A program made the position numbers and the translations under genes. A DNA stretch of 64,000 nucleotides. Source: an uncultured Chloroflexia bacterium (GTDB taxonomy: Bacteria; Chloroflexota; Limnocylindria; QHBO01). This document shows positions 40,439-49,453 of the stretch, piece by piece (the first letter of the stretch is position 1; the number at the start of each line of letters is the position of its first letter). The stretch is from positions 1,792,001-1,856,000 of the forward strand of contig CAWGTN010000002.1 in NCBI GenBank assembly GCA_963825525.1, given 5' to 3'. The notes beneath the pieces are model-generated. The model had not been told where the DNA came from. It saw only the letters and a list, made by a program, of their open reading frames with translations, and ran no database searches.

Positions 40439-40921
40439 CGGTCGTCCTCCCGCCGACTCCGCCGCGACGCCCACGGCCTCGCAGATCTGGTTGTAGCCGC
40501 CACATCGGCACAGGTTGCCGGACAGTCCCTCGCGGATCTCCGCCGCGGTTGGACGCGGGATGCGCGCCAGCAGGTACTCGGCCGACATGACCATTCCCGG
40601 GATGCAGAACCCGCACTGGACGCCGCCGGTGGCGAGGAACGCGTCCTGGACCCGATCCAGGCGGTCGCCGTCTGCCAGTCCCTCGACAGTCGCCACGTCC
40701 CGGTCCGCGGCCTCGACCGCGAGCACGAGGCACGAGTTCACCGCGTGGCCGTCGAGCAGCACGGTGCACGCTCCACATTCACCCTCCGCACAGCATTCCT
40801 TGGTCCCCGTGAGGCCGATGTCGTCGCGCAGCATGTCGAGAAGGGTGTGGTGGACCGGGACGTCGACCTCGCGGCGCGTCCCGTTGACCCGCACGGACAT
40901 GCGCATGCGGTCGGTGGTCAC
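40435..40921 (-). CDS. Xanthine dehydrogenase family 2x[2Fe-2S] subunit (stop probably lost to a +1 error)
   Basis: CAEGECGAC...C and QCGFC...NLCRC. Confidence 0.9.
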
Positions 40922-41772
40922 GCTGCGCCTCCGGCCAGGTTGGCCAGCGCGCGGTCGAGCGCGCGCCGGCTCAGCACCAGGAGCATCGCCTCGCGGTACT
41001 CGCGGCTGGCCCGCACGTTCGAGATGGGTGCCGCCTGCGACGTGAGGCGGGCGAGGATCTCCTCACGGTCGGCGGGTGCGGCGCTCAGATCCGCCAGGTC
41101 GCCGGTCTCGTCCGAGACCAGGAACGCGCGGGGGCCGACCGCGCCGTAGGCGAAGGTCGTGATGCCTGATGCGGAAACCGTGCACGCCAGGTTCACGGTT
41201 GCGAGGTCGACGCCGCGCCTCCGCGTCATGCGCCCGAACGATGATCCGCGGCGCTCGGTCGGCATCGGCAGCTCGATGGCGCTGACAATCTCGCCGGATC
41301 CGAGAACGGTCCGGCCCGGGCCGGTGAGGAACTCGTCGAGGGAGACGCGACGCGTGCCCGCAGAGCTGGTGAGCTCCACCACCGCTCCGTACACGAGCAA
41401 CGGAGGCACCGTGTCGGCAGCGGGGGAGGCGTTGCAGATGTTGCCGGCCAGCGTCGCGCGGTTCCGAATCTGGATCGAGCCCACCACGCTCGCCGCCTCG
41501 ACCAGCGCGGGAAAGTCGTGGCCGATCAGATCGTCCTCGATCAGCGAGGTGATGACCGCCGTGGCACCGATTCGCACCGATGACGCCCGCCGTTCGATGC
41601 CGGATTCCAGCTCAGCGACCCGCTTGATGTCGATGACGAGCGGTGCGTGGAACTTGCCCTTCCGCAGGCCGACGATGAGGTCAGTGCCACCGCACAGGAC
41701 GCGGGCCTGCGGCGCGTCGCGCAGCAGCTCGAACGTCTCGGCGAGCGACTCCGGTCGAGCGTAGGCGAACAT
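40918..41772 (-). CDS. Xanthine dehydrogenase family FAD-binding subunit (CoxM-like)
   Basis: GGTDL, QIRNRATLAGN.CNASPAAD, P....RAS.EYR. Confidence 0.92.
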   Translation of the reverse strand: MFAYARPESLAETFELLRDAPQARVLCGGTDLIVGLRKGKFHAPLVIDIKRVAELESGIERRASSVRIGATAVITSLIEDDLIGHDFPALVEAASVVGSIQIRNRATLAGNICNASPAADTVPPLLVYGAVVELTSSAGTRRVSLDEFLTGPGRTVLGSGEIVSAIELPMPTERRGSSFGRMTRRRGVDLATVNLACTVSASGITTFAYGAVGPRAFLVSDETGDLADLSAAPADREEILARLTSQAAPISNVRASREYREAMLLVLSRRALDRALANLAGGAA

Positions 41773-41780
41773 CGGCGTCG

Positions 41781-42443
41781 TCAGCCCGTCTCGAGGACCT
41801 GGCTCTCGGCCTGGCGTGCATGCGTGCGCATGACGTCGGCCGCGGCATCGGGATCGCGCGCTTCCAGGGCATCGAGAATCGCGACGTGCCGCTCGGCGAG
41901 CCAGTGGAGGTCAGCGCCGGGGACCGACGCGGTGAGATAGGATCGCGCAAAGGGCTCGAGCATCGACCACATTCGCTGGAGCGTCCGGTTGCCCGATGCC
42001 GTGATGACGCAGGTGTGGAACTCGGAGTTCTGCTGTGCCTGGGCGTGCGCGTCGCCGGCATCGGCACTCGCGCGCATCGCGTCCAGCAGCTCGCGCATCC
42101 GGGTCAGTGTCTCGGGGCTGATGAGCCTGGCCGCGCTTCGGGCCGCGATCGCCTCGAGCTCGCCGCGCAGCTCCATCGCCTCGACCAGCTCCTGGGGGTC
42201 CGGTTGGCGGACCCGCGCGCCGCGGTACGGATGCATCTCCACCAGGCCCAGCGTGGCCAGATCCCGGAGTGCCTCGCGCACCGGTGCCTGGCTTGTCCCG
42301 AGCTGCCGCGCGATCCGGGTCTCGATGATCCGTGATCCCGGAGCGAGCTCTCCCTCGAGGATCCACTGCAGCATCCGGTCCTTGACCTGGGCGCTCAGGA
42401 CGCTGCGCGCGAGTGGGATCCCGGAGGAATCGAGGGCGGCCAT
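41781..42443 (-). CDS. GntR family regulator, FadR/FCD subfamily
   Basis: I..G.L.PG.RI.E..IA..LGTS..PVREAL; FCD N..FH, H..I..AL. Confidence 0.92.
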   Translation of the reverse strand: MAALDSSGIPLARSVLSAQVKDRMLQWILEGELAPGSRIIETRIARQLGTSQAPVREALRDLATLGLVEMHPYRGARVRQPDPQELVEAMELRGELEAIAARSAARLISPETLTRMRELLDAMRASADAGDAHAQAQQNSEFHTCVITASGNRTLQRMWSMLEPFARSYLTASVPGADLHWLAERHVAILDALEARDPDAAADVMRTHARQAESQVLETG

Positions 42444-42444
42444 G

Positions 42445-42735
42445 TCAGTCCATGGTCACATACAGGGCGCGTTCACGGCGCTCCAGGCGCGGGACGGCCT
42501 CACCGCGCACGAGCCGCTCGAAGTGCTCGGTCGCGAGGTGTGCCTGGAAGCCGGCCTCGTCGTCGTACTGCTCGTACAGGAAGAAGTCGTGGGGATCCTC
42601 CGGCGATTGGTGAGTGATGAAGAGGCGACAGGCGGGCTCGGCGCGCACGAGCGGCGCAATCTCGCCGAGCAGCCGTCGGACCTCGTCCTCCTCGCCGTCC
42701 CTCGCTCGCCAGGTCGCGGCGACCACGTAGGTCAT
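42445..42735 (-). CDS. Antibiotic biosynthesis monooxygenase (ABM/YgiN-like) protein
   Basis: R.EP.C, FFLYEQY.D..GF.AH..T.HF. Confidence 0.85.
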   Translation of the reverse strand: MTYVVAATWRARDGEEDEVRRLLGEIAPLVRAEPACRLFITHQSPEDPHDFFLYEQYDDEAGFQAHLATEHFERLVRGEAVPRLERRERALYVTMD

Positions 42736-44498
42736 GCGCTGAACAGGTCGTTGCGAGGCTGAGCCGCAGCCTCGAGGATCTCGACCGTCCCGGTGCCACC
42801 GTCCACCCGGATCCGATCTCCGGTATTGACGCGCTCGGTTCCGTCCTGGGTGCCGACCACGGCGGGGATGCCGAACTCACGGGCCAGCACCGCCGGATGA
42901 GCGGTGAGGCCACCGGCGTTCGTCACGAGGCCGGCGATCTTCGTGAACAGCGCGACCCAGGCAGGGTTGGTCATGTGGCAGACGAGGATATCGCCGGCAC
43001 GGACCCCGTCGAACTGGTCCTCGCGCAGCACGACGCGAGCGGTGCCCTCGATGACGCCCGGTGAGCCGCCGATGCCGCTGAACTGACCGGCCACGTCGCC
43101 CTGCTTGCGATGGAACTTCTCGGGGAAGCCCCAGTTCGTCAGGTACGGGAATGCCAGCTGGCTCTCGGTGGCCGTGCCGATCCAGGCGGGTGGGCGGAAG
43201 CCGTAGGCCCTCTCGCGCTCTGCGCGCCGCTCGGCGACGATCGCGCGCGCGTCCATTCCCGCTGGATCACCCATGAATACTCGCAGCTCGTTGTAGCGCA
43301 GGAAGATCACGTCGTCGGGCTGGTCGAGGGCCCCGAGCTCGACCAGCTTGCGCCCGATGGCGATCAGCACCACCCGCAGGTGAGCATTCGCTCCCTGGTC
43401 GATGTAGAAGTGATGGTCGGGGGTCAGTGGCGCCATCCGCAGGTTGACCTCGTTGGCCGAGCGCATCTCCTCCAGCGCCTCACCCTCCAGAACCTCGAGG
43501 ATCTCGCGTGACGCCGCCTCGATGTCGTCCTTCAGGCTGCCCACCGTCGCCGGATAGTCGTAGTCGGTCTCGACGTATCCACGCACGAGCTCGATCACCG
43601 GCTCCATCTGCTCGTACACCGTCGGGAAGACGAACTCGTGGCTCCACACCGCGTGCCAGCCGAACTCCTTCTGGTACGGCTTCACGCGCTCGCCGATGAA
43701 GCTCCGACCGCGCTCTGAGCCCTCGAGTGCGGCAATGACTTCGCCGGCGCTCTCATGCTCGAATGACGATGTCAGGTCGGCGTCGGACATCACCTCCTGC
43801 TTCATCTCCCACAGGGCGCGGATCGAGTCCCAGTTGCGATCGCTCGCCGAGTTCTGGAGCCGCCCCAGGAGGGCCTCGTCGACCGTGCCGTGGGTCTTCT
43901 CCATCACGGCGCGCAGCTTGAGGGTGGCCGACAGCTGCGCGAAATTGAGCATCCAGTGGATCTTCCAGTGGCGATCGTGGATGTCGATGGCGTCCTCGAA
44001 CAGGACGGCCAGCTCCATGAGCGTCATCGAATCCTGGCGGTCGAGCACCTTCTCCAAGTAGGCGAAGTTGCCCTCCATCTCCGGGACGAGCCGATCACGC
44101 CACCAGTCCACGAAATTCTCGCCGTACACCGGCAGCACCGCGTCGAGATAGGTGCCGATCTTGTCGCTGTACTCCGGATCCAGCGGGACCCTGGCGCCGT
44201 AGCGTGCTCCGTACTCCATGGCGTCGACCCGCCAGGCGGGGTCAGCCGGCACGGCAGCCGTGAACAGGTAGCCGTTCACGTTCTTGGTGAGCCAGTCGCA
44301 GGCGAACGGAGTACCGAACCGCCGGAACATGTGATCGCAGGTCAGCCACCAGCCGCCGATCTCGTAGAACATCGGGCTCAGCGGATGCGGGCAATGGAGA
44401 TCGTCGAAGACCCAGAAGAGCGCCTGCTCCTGCTCCGACTCCCACGTGATCGGGAACTCGTCTGACCCGAGGAACTGGTCGAGGATCGGCTCGCTCAT
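42732..44498 (-). CDS. PEP-utilising-family protein: substrate-binding domain plus phospho-His swivel domain, no ATP-grasp (phenylphosphate synthase alpha-like architecture)
   Basis: C-terminal GSPG..EG.ARV, GDILVC..TNP.W, GGLTAHPAVLAREFGIPAVVG, VDG..G.V; N-terminal FWVFDDLHCPHPLSP. Confidence 0.82.
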   Translation of the reverse strand: MSEPILDQFLGSDEFPITWESEQEQALFWVFDDLHCPHPLSPMFYEIGGWWLTCDHMFRRFGTPFACDWLTKNVNGYLFTAAVPADPAWRVDAMEYGARYGARVPLDPEYSDKIGTYLDAVLPVYGENFVDWWRDRLVPEMEGNFAYLEKVLDRQDSMTLMELAVLFEDAIDIHDRHWKIHWMLNFAQLSATLKLRAVMEKTHGTVDEALLGRLQNSASDRNWDSIRALWEMKQEVMSDADLTSSFEHESAGEVIAALEGSERGRSFIGERVKPYQKEFGWHAVWSHEFVFPTVYEQMEPVIELVRGYVETDYDYPATVGSLKDDIEAASREILEVLEGEALEEMRSANEVNLRMAPLTPDHHFYIDQGANAHLRVVLIAIGRKLVELGALDQPDDVIFLRYNELRVFMGDPAGMDARAIVAERRAERERAYGFRPPAWIGTATESQLAFPYLTNWGFPEKFHRKQGDVAGQFSGIGGSPGVIEGTARVVLREDQFDGVRAGDILVCHMTNPAWVALFTKIAGLVTNAGGLTAHPAVLAREFGIPAVVGTQDGTERVNTGDRIRVDGGTGTVEILEAAAQPRNDLFSA

Positions 44499-44533
44499 CG
44501 CGGCATGGCACCTCTCGTCGCTGTGCGTGAAGG

Positions 44534-44552
44534 ATCGATCATCGATGATAAT
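44534..44552. promoter_or_regulatory. Palindrome ATCATCGATGAT with tandem ATCGAT, overlapping divergent -10-like hexamers
   Basis: Perfect 12-bp palindrome at 44538-44549 in a 62-bp divergent gap; GATAAT (+) and TATCAT (-) overlap it. Confidence 0.45.
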
Positions 44553-44560
44553 GCAGCGCG

Positions 44561-46100
44561 ATGACCAGCCGCTACGTCCACGACTTCGATTCGACCCCCG
44601 ATATCGAGCCCGACGAGCTCGTTCGGCTTCTCGGCGGCAAGGGCGCCAACCTGGCGGTCATGGCCACCGAGCTTGGCCTGCCGGTGCCGCCGGGCTTCAC
44701 GATCTCGACCGAGGCGTGCGTCGCGTATCTGGGCGGCGCGTGGCCAGATGCACTTGACGATGAGCTGCGTGATCACGTCGCGCGGCTGGAGGAGCTGATC
44801 GGCCGCCGATTCGGGCACGCCGACGACCCGCTCCTGGTGAGCGTCCGCTCCGGTGCCCCGGTCTCGATGCCCGGGATGATGGACACCGTCCTGAACCTCG
44901 GGCTCAACGAGACGACCGTCCGCGGCCTTGCGGCAGCGACCGGCGATCCCGATTTCGCTGCCGACTGCCTCCGCCGATTTCACGACGGCTACCGTCAGGT
45001 GATCGGAGCTCTGGAGGCGCCGGAGGATCCGTGGCGGCAGCTCCGCGAGGCGATCGAGGCCGTGTTTCGCTCCTGGAACAGCGAGCGCGCCCAGGCGTAT
45101 CGGCGACGGGAGGGGATTCCGGACGACATCGGCACTGCGGTCACCGTGCAGGCCATGGTGTTCGGCAACCGTGGACCGGACTCGGGAACCGGCGTGCTGT
45201 TCACACGCAACCCGTCGACGGGGGAGCCGACCCTGTTCGGCGACATCATGTTCGACGCCCAGGGCGAGGACGTCGTGGCAGGCACGCATGAGCCGCAGCC
45301 GCTTGACGCGCTGGACGGTCGTCTGCCCGAGGTTGCGAAGCGAGCTTCGATCGCATGCCGATCGGCTGGAGCGGCATTACCGGGATCTGTGTGACATCGA
45401 ATTCACGATCGAGCAGGGCAGGCTGTGGCTGCTCCAGGTCCGCGCCGGCAAGCGGAGCCCGCAGGCCGCGCTGCGGATGGCGATCGACATGGCCGAGGAT
45501 GCGAGCTTCCCATTGTCACGGGAAGAGGCCGTGCGGCGGGTGGCGGCGCATCTCGCCGATCCGCCGCGGGTCTTCGTCAGCGCCGGGGATCGGCCGATCC
45601 CGATCGCGACCGGGCTGCCGGCCTCGCCGGGCGTCGGTTACGGAGCCATCGTCCTGACCTCGGACGACGCCGAGTCCGCCGCGGCCGATGGACGCACGGT
45701 GATCCTCGTCCGGAGCGAGACGTCGCCGGAGGATGTTCGCGGCATGGCCCGTTCGGAGGGGATTCTCACGGCGCGCGGGGGCCTCGCAAGCCACGCGGCG
45801 GTCGTGGCCCGCGGTTGGGGGATCCCGGCCGTGGTCGGCGCCCGTGACGTCGTGCCCGGCAATGATGGCGTCGAGATCGGCGGGCAACGGTTTGCGGCCG
45901 GAGCTGAGCTCACGATCGATGGGAGCAGCGGCGAGGTCTTCAGCGGCTCGCTGGAGGGGACGTGGGAGATGCCTCCCGAGGCGGCGACGCTGCTTGCCTG
46001 GGCCGACGAGCTTGGGGTTGAGCGTGACGCCATCCGATGCCGACGCGACTGCGGCGAAGGCCCCGACTCGCAGGCGATGCCCCAGCCGGCGAGGACGTGA
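44561..46100 (+). CDS. Pyruvate phosphate dikinase-like protein lacking the C-terminal pyruvate-binding barrel (apparent +1 frameshift at about 45340)
   Basis: LGGKGANL, PVPPGF, VRSGA..SMPGMMDT.LN, QGEDVV.G, DIEFT, LQ.R..KR, ASPG, ETSPED, GG.ASHAAVVAR; homology ends after the His domain. Confidence 0.88.
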
Positions 46101-46714
46101 CGGCCGACGACGTGCTGCGCGCACTTCTCATCAAGGGCGCAACCGAGCCCGAACAGCTCGCCGACGCTCTGCGGTCCACGGCCACGGACCTCGAGGCGGT
46201 CACGACCGAGCTCGGCGACGAGGGAGCGATCGAGCGGATCGATACGGCGCTTCGCCTGTCCACCGATGGGAAGCTTCGTGCCCGTGCGTTGATCGCCGAC
46301 GATCGGGCGGAGGTCGGCGAGGCCCGAGCCGGCGAGCTCCTGGAAGCGTTCCACGCCTTCGACGGGCGGATGAAGGAGATCGTGACCGCGTGGCAGGTGC
46401 GGGACGCGGATGGTCAGCAGACCCTCAATGATCACCAGGACGCGGAGTACGACGCACGAATCCTCGACGACCTGGCCGCGCTGCACGCCGATACCTCGTC
46501 ATGGATCGAGGCACTTGCCGTCCAGCTCGCTCGGTATGCCGGCTACCGGCAGCGGTTGACTGATGCGGTGTCACGTGCCCGGGACGGGGACCAGCGCTAC
46601 GTGGCCTCGCCGCGCGTGGACAGCTATCACGGCGTCTGGTTCGAGCTCCACGAGGACCTGATCCAGCTCGCCGGCCGGCGTCGGTCCGACGAGGCTGCCG
46701 CCGGCCGCGCCTGA
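46097..46714 (+). CDS. Winged-helix-like protein resembling the mycobacterial ppdK neighbour (Rv1126c-like); possibly the fused C-terminus of the upstream gene
   Basis: VLRAL.IKG, F...D..MK..VT.WQ, Y..RL..A, DSYH.VWFELHEDLI motif, recognised from memory. Confidence 0.68.
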   Translation: MTADDVLRALLIKGATEPEQLADALRSTATDLEAVTTELGDEGAIERIDTALRLSTDGKLRARALIADDRAEVGEARAGELLEAFHAFDGRMKEIVTAWQVRDADGQQTLNDHQDAEYDARILDDLAALHADTSSWIEALAVQLARYAGYRQRLTDAVSRARDGDQRYVASPRVDSYHGVWFELHEDLIQLAGRRRSDEAAAGRA

Positions 46715-46715
46715 G

Positions 46716-47522
46716 TCAGCCCTCGCTGACGGACCACCCGCCGTCCACGTCGATCACCTGCCCGGTGATCATGCGCGCGCCCGGCCCCAGCAGATGGAGC
46801 GCGGTGGGCGTGACGTCCTCCACCTCGATCGGCCCGCGCGCCCGTGGCTGTTTGCGCTCGAGGAAGGCTCGTACCGCGGGGTCCTCCTGGGCTCGCCGGC
46901 TCATCGGCGTGGCGACCAGGGACGGGGCGATGGCGTTGACCCGGATGCCGTGGGTGGCGTAGGCCGAGGCCATCGAGCGGGTCAGGGCCTCGATCCCGCC
47001 CTTGCTGGCGGCGTAGGCGTGGGTGCCGAAATGCTCTGCCGATGGATGGCGGGACAGCACGCTCGACATGTTGAGGATGACGCCGCGCTCGCCGTGCGCG
47101 TCCGGCTCCTGGGTGAGCATCTGGCGCACGACGGCGCGGCAGACGAGGAAGAGGCTGGTCAGGTTGCCGCCGATGACCGCCTCCCAGCCGGCCAGCGACG
47201 CCTCGTGCACGGGACCGTCGCCGAAGCGGCGGCCGCTGATGCCCGCGACGTTGTAGGCGGCATCGATCCGGCCGAAGCGCTCGATCGCCGCCGAGACGGC
47301 CCGTTCGGCGTCATCTTCCCGGGCCAGGTCGGCGCTCTCGTACGCCACCGAACCGCCACCGGACTCGATCTCGGCCGCCAGCGAACGGACACGCTCTGGG
47401 TCCCGCGCGACGAGGAACACGCTGCCGCCCTCGTCGGCGATCGCGCGGGCGGCCGATGCGGCCATTCCCGTCGACCCGGTGACGAGGGCGACACGACCCT
47501 CGAAGCGGCCGGGATGGGTCAT
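46716..47522 (-). CDS. SDR oxidoreductase
   Basis: NVAG.SG, YAASK, NAIAP, DGGW. Confidence 0.9.
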   Translation of the reverse strand: MTHPGRFEGRVALVTGSTGMAASAARAIADEGGSVFLVARDPERVRSLAAEIESGGGSVAYESADLAREDDAERAVSAAIERFGRIDAAYNVAGISGRRFGDGPVHEASLAGWEAVIGGNLTSLFLVCRAVVRQMLTQEPDAHGERGVILNMSSVLSRHPSAEHFGTHAYAASKGGIEALTRSMASAYATHGIRVNAIAPSLVATPMSRRAQEDPAVRAFLERKQPRARGPIEVEDVTPTALHLLGPGARMITGQVIDVDGGWSVSEG

Positions 47523-48159
47523 GACCCGGCGATCAGCCGCACGAGGTCGCGGCGTGCTGCGGCATCGGCCTTCGTGATGGCGCTCCCAACGCCCACGGCG
47601 ACGGCCCCGGCCTCGAGGTAGGCGATCGCGTTGCCGGCGTCCACGCCGCCGGTCGGGATGAGCTCCACTTCTGTCATCGGGCCTCGCACCTCACGGACCA
47701 TGGCCGGCCCCGACGGCCGAGGCGGGAAAGAGCTTGACCATGGTTGCACCTGCCGCCCACGCCGCGCCGATCTCGGTCGGGGTCATGGCGCCGGGAATGA
47801 AGGGGAGTCCCCGCCTCGGTGGATGAACGAAGCAGGTCGAGGTCGAGGAGCGGCGCCACCGCAAAGTCGGCGCCGGCCCCGCGGGCTGCGGTCAGCTGGT
47901 CGCCCGTTCGCACCGTTCCCGCGCCGACCAGGAACGGGCCGTCGTCACGTCGGCCGAGATCGGCCCGCAGCGCCGCGAGGTCCTCCGCGCCCGCCGCCGA
48001 GTCCAGGGTGACCTCGAAGATCCTGGCGCCCGCGTCGGCGAGCTCACGGGCCATGGTCAGCAGGTGCTCGCGGGGCTCGATCCGTCGAAGGACCACGACC
48101 AGCCGATGACGGCGGATGGCCTCGGCCACCGGGCTGCGCCGCAGCTCGAGGGCGGTCAT
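47519..48159 (-). CDS. KDPG/KHG aldolase family protein (two apparent +1 frameshifts, about 47810 and 47745)
   Basis: VVLR, EVTL, VGAGTV, GA.F.VAP; corrected PGAMTPTEI, VK.FP, PTGGV, AVGVGS. Confidence 0.82.
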
Positions 48160-49453
48160 CGGGCCAACGCCGCGGGAAGCGGATCCAGCAACGCTCCGTC
48201 GGCTTGAAGCCGGTCGCGCAGGGCGACTGGCATCCACGCTCCGTGGCGTCGTCCGCGACGCCACTGCCATGGCGGCGGCGGTCCCGGCGGCCTGCCCCAT
48301 GGCCATGCAGGTCGCCATCGAGCGGGCCGAGGCATGGGCGTCGTGCGTGGCCGAGAAGCATCTGCCCGCGACCAGCAGCCCCTCGACATCCTGCGGCAGG
48401 AGCGATCGGTACGGAATGCCATAGACGCCGGACTCGTCGACGTAGCGCCATTCGGTGTCGCCGCCGGCGTGGTGATCCTCGATCGGTGCGCCGCACAGGG
48501 CGATCTCATCGTCGAAGCGGCGCGCCTGGAGCACGTCCTCGCGGGTCAGCCGGTAGTCACCGTGCACGCGACGGCTCTCGCGGACGCCGATCGACGGGCT
48601 GGTGGCGACGACGACCGACGCCTCGAAGCCGGGGACCCGGTCGCGCAGGAAGCGGGCGTACTCGCGCACCTGGCGGCGGCCCTCGACCTCGGCGCGGGTG
48701 AGCTGCTCCGGGATCCGTGGCGTCGACGTTCGGGATGCGGGTCATGTGGATGAGCACGATCCCCTCGAAGGGAGTCCGATGCCACGACCCCTCGATGCGC
48801 GGCAGGCGGTAGTCGCCCGAATCGGCGGCCGCTCGCATGAGCTCCCAGAGCTCGGCCTTGGGGACGGCCGACGCACGCGCGACGTCCACGTTCGCGACCT
48901 TGAACAACGTCGAGAGCGACTGGACCTGCCCGGTGGCCTGCGCATTCTCGTACGGAACCCCGGCCAGGGCGCTGACATCGGCATCACCTGAGGCGTCAAC
49001 GATCGCATCGGCGCCGATGAACCGTTCGCCGCCCTTGTTCCAGATGCGGATGCCGGTGATGCGGTCACCATCCATGGTCACGCCGGTGACCCAGGTGTGG
49101 AGCAGCAGCTCAACGCCCGCATCCTCGGCCAGCTGCTCCCACAGCAGCTTGAGCGCCTCCTGGTCATACGTGACGCCCGTGCCCGCTCCGTAGGTGTTCG
49201 GCCGCTCGAAGGCCACGCCATCGCCCGTGAGGCGTTCGACCACCTCCCAGCCGATGCCGCCCACGACCCGTCGTGGATCCTCGCCGGGTGTGTAGAACGC
49301 GTAGAACGTGTCGAGCACGGCGGTCGAGGTGCCACCCATGAACCCGAGCCGGTCGACGAGCAGCGTCGAGGCGCCGGACCGAGCCGCCGCGATGGCGGCC
49401 GTCGACCCGGCCGATCCGGAGCCGACCACGGCAACGTCGTAGCGGTCCCTCAC
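48156..49453 (-). CDS. FAD-dependent oxidoreductase (two apparent +1 frameshifts, about 48712 and 48225)
   Basis: GSGSAG..AA..AAR.G, MGG..T, DASGDAD, GVRESRR, YGIPYRSL.P, LLVAGRC.S, R.M..C..MGQAAG.AA. Confidence 0.85.

Noticed and set aside
39062-40921. Apparent fusion of the 2Fe-2S subunit to the Mo subunit
   Set aside because: The Mo subunit has its own GGGAGG RBS and GTG in a GTGA context; one extra base explains the read-through. A true fusion is not fully excluded.
38176-44498. Calling the locus anaerobic phenol degradation (Pps plus 4-hydroxybenzoyl-CoA reductase)
   Set aside because: The FAD subunit lacks the extra Cys cluster of HcrB, and no phenylphosphate carboxylase (UbiD) or CoA ligase gene is present.
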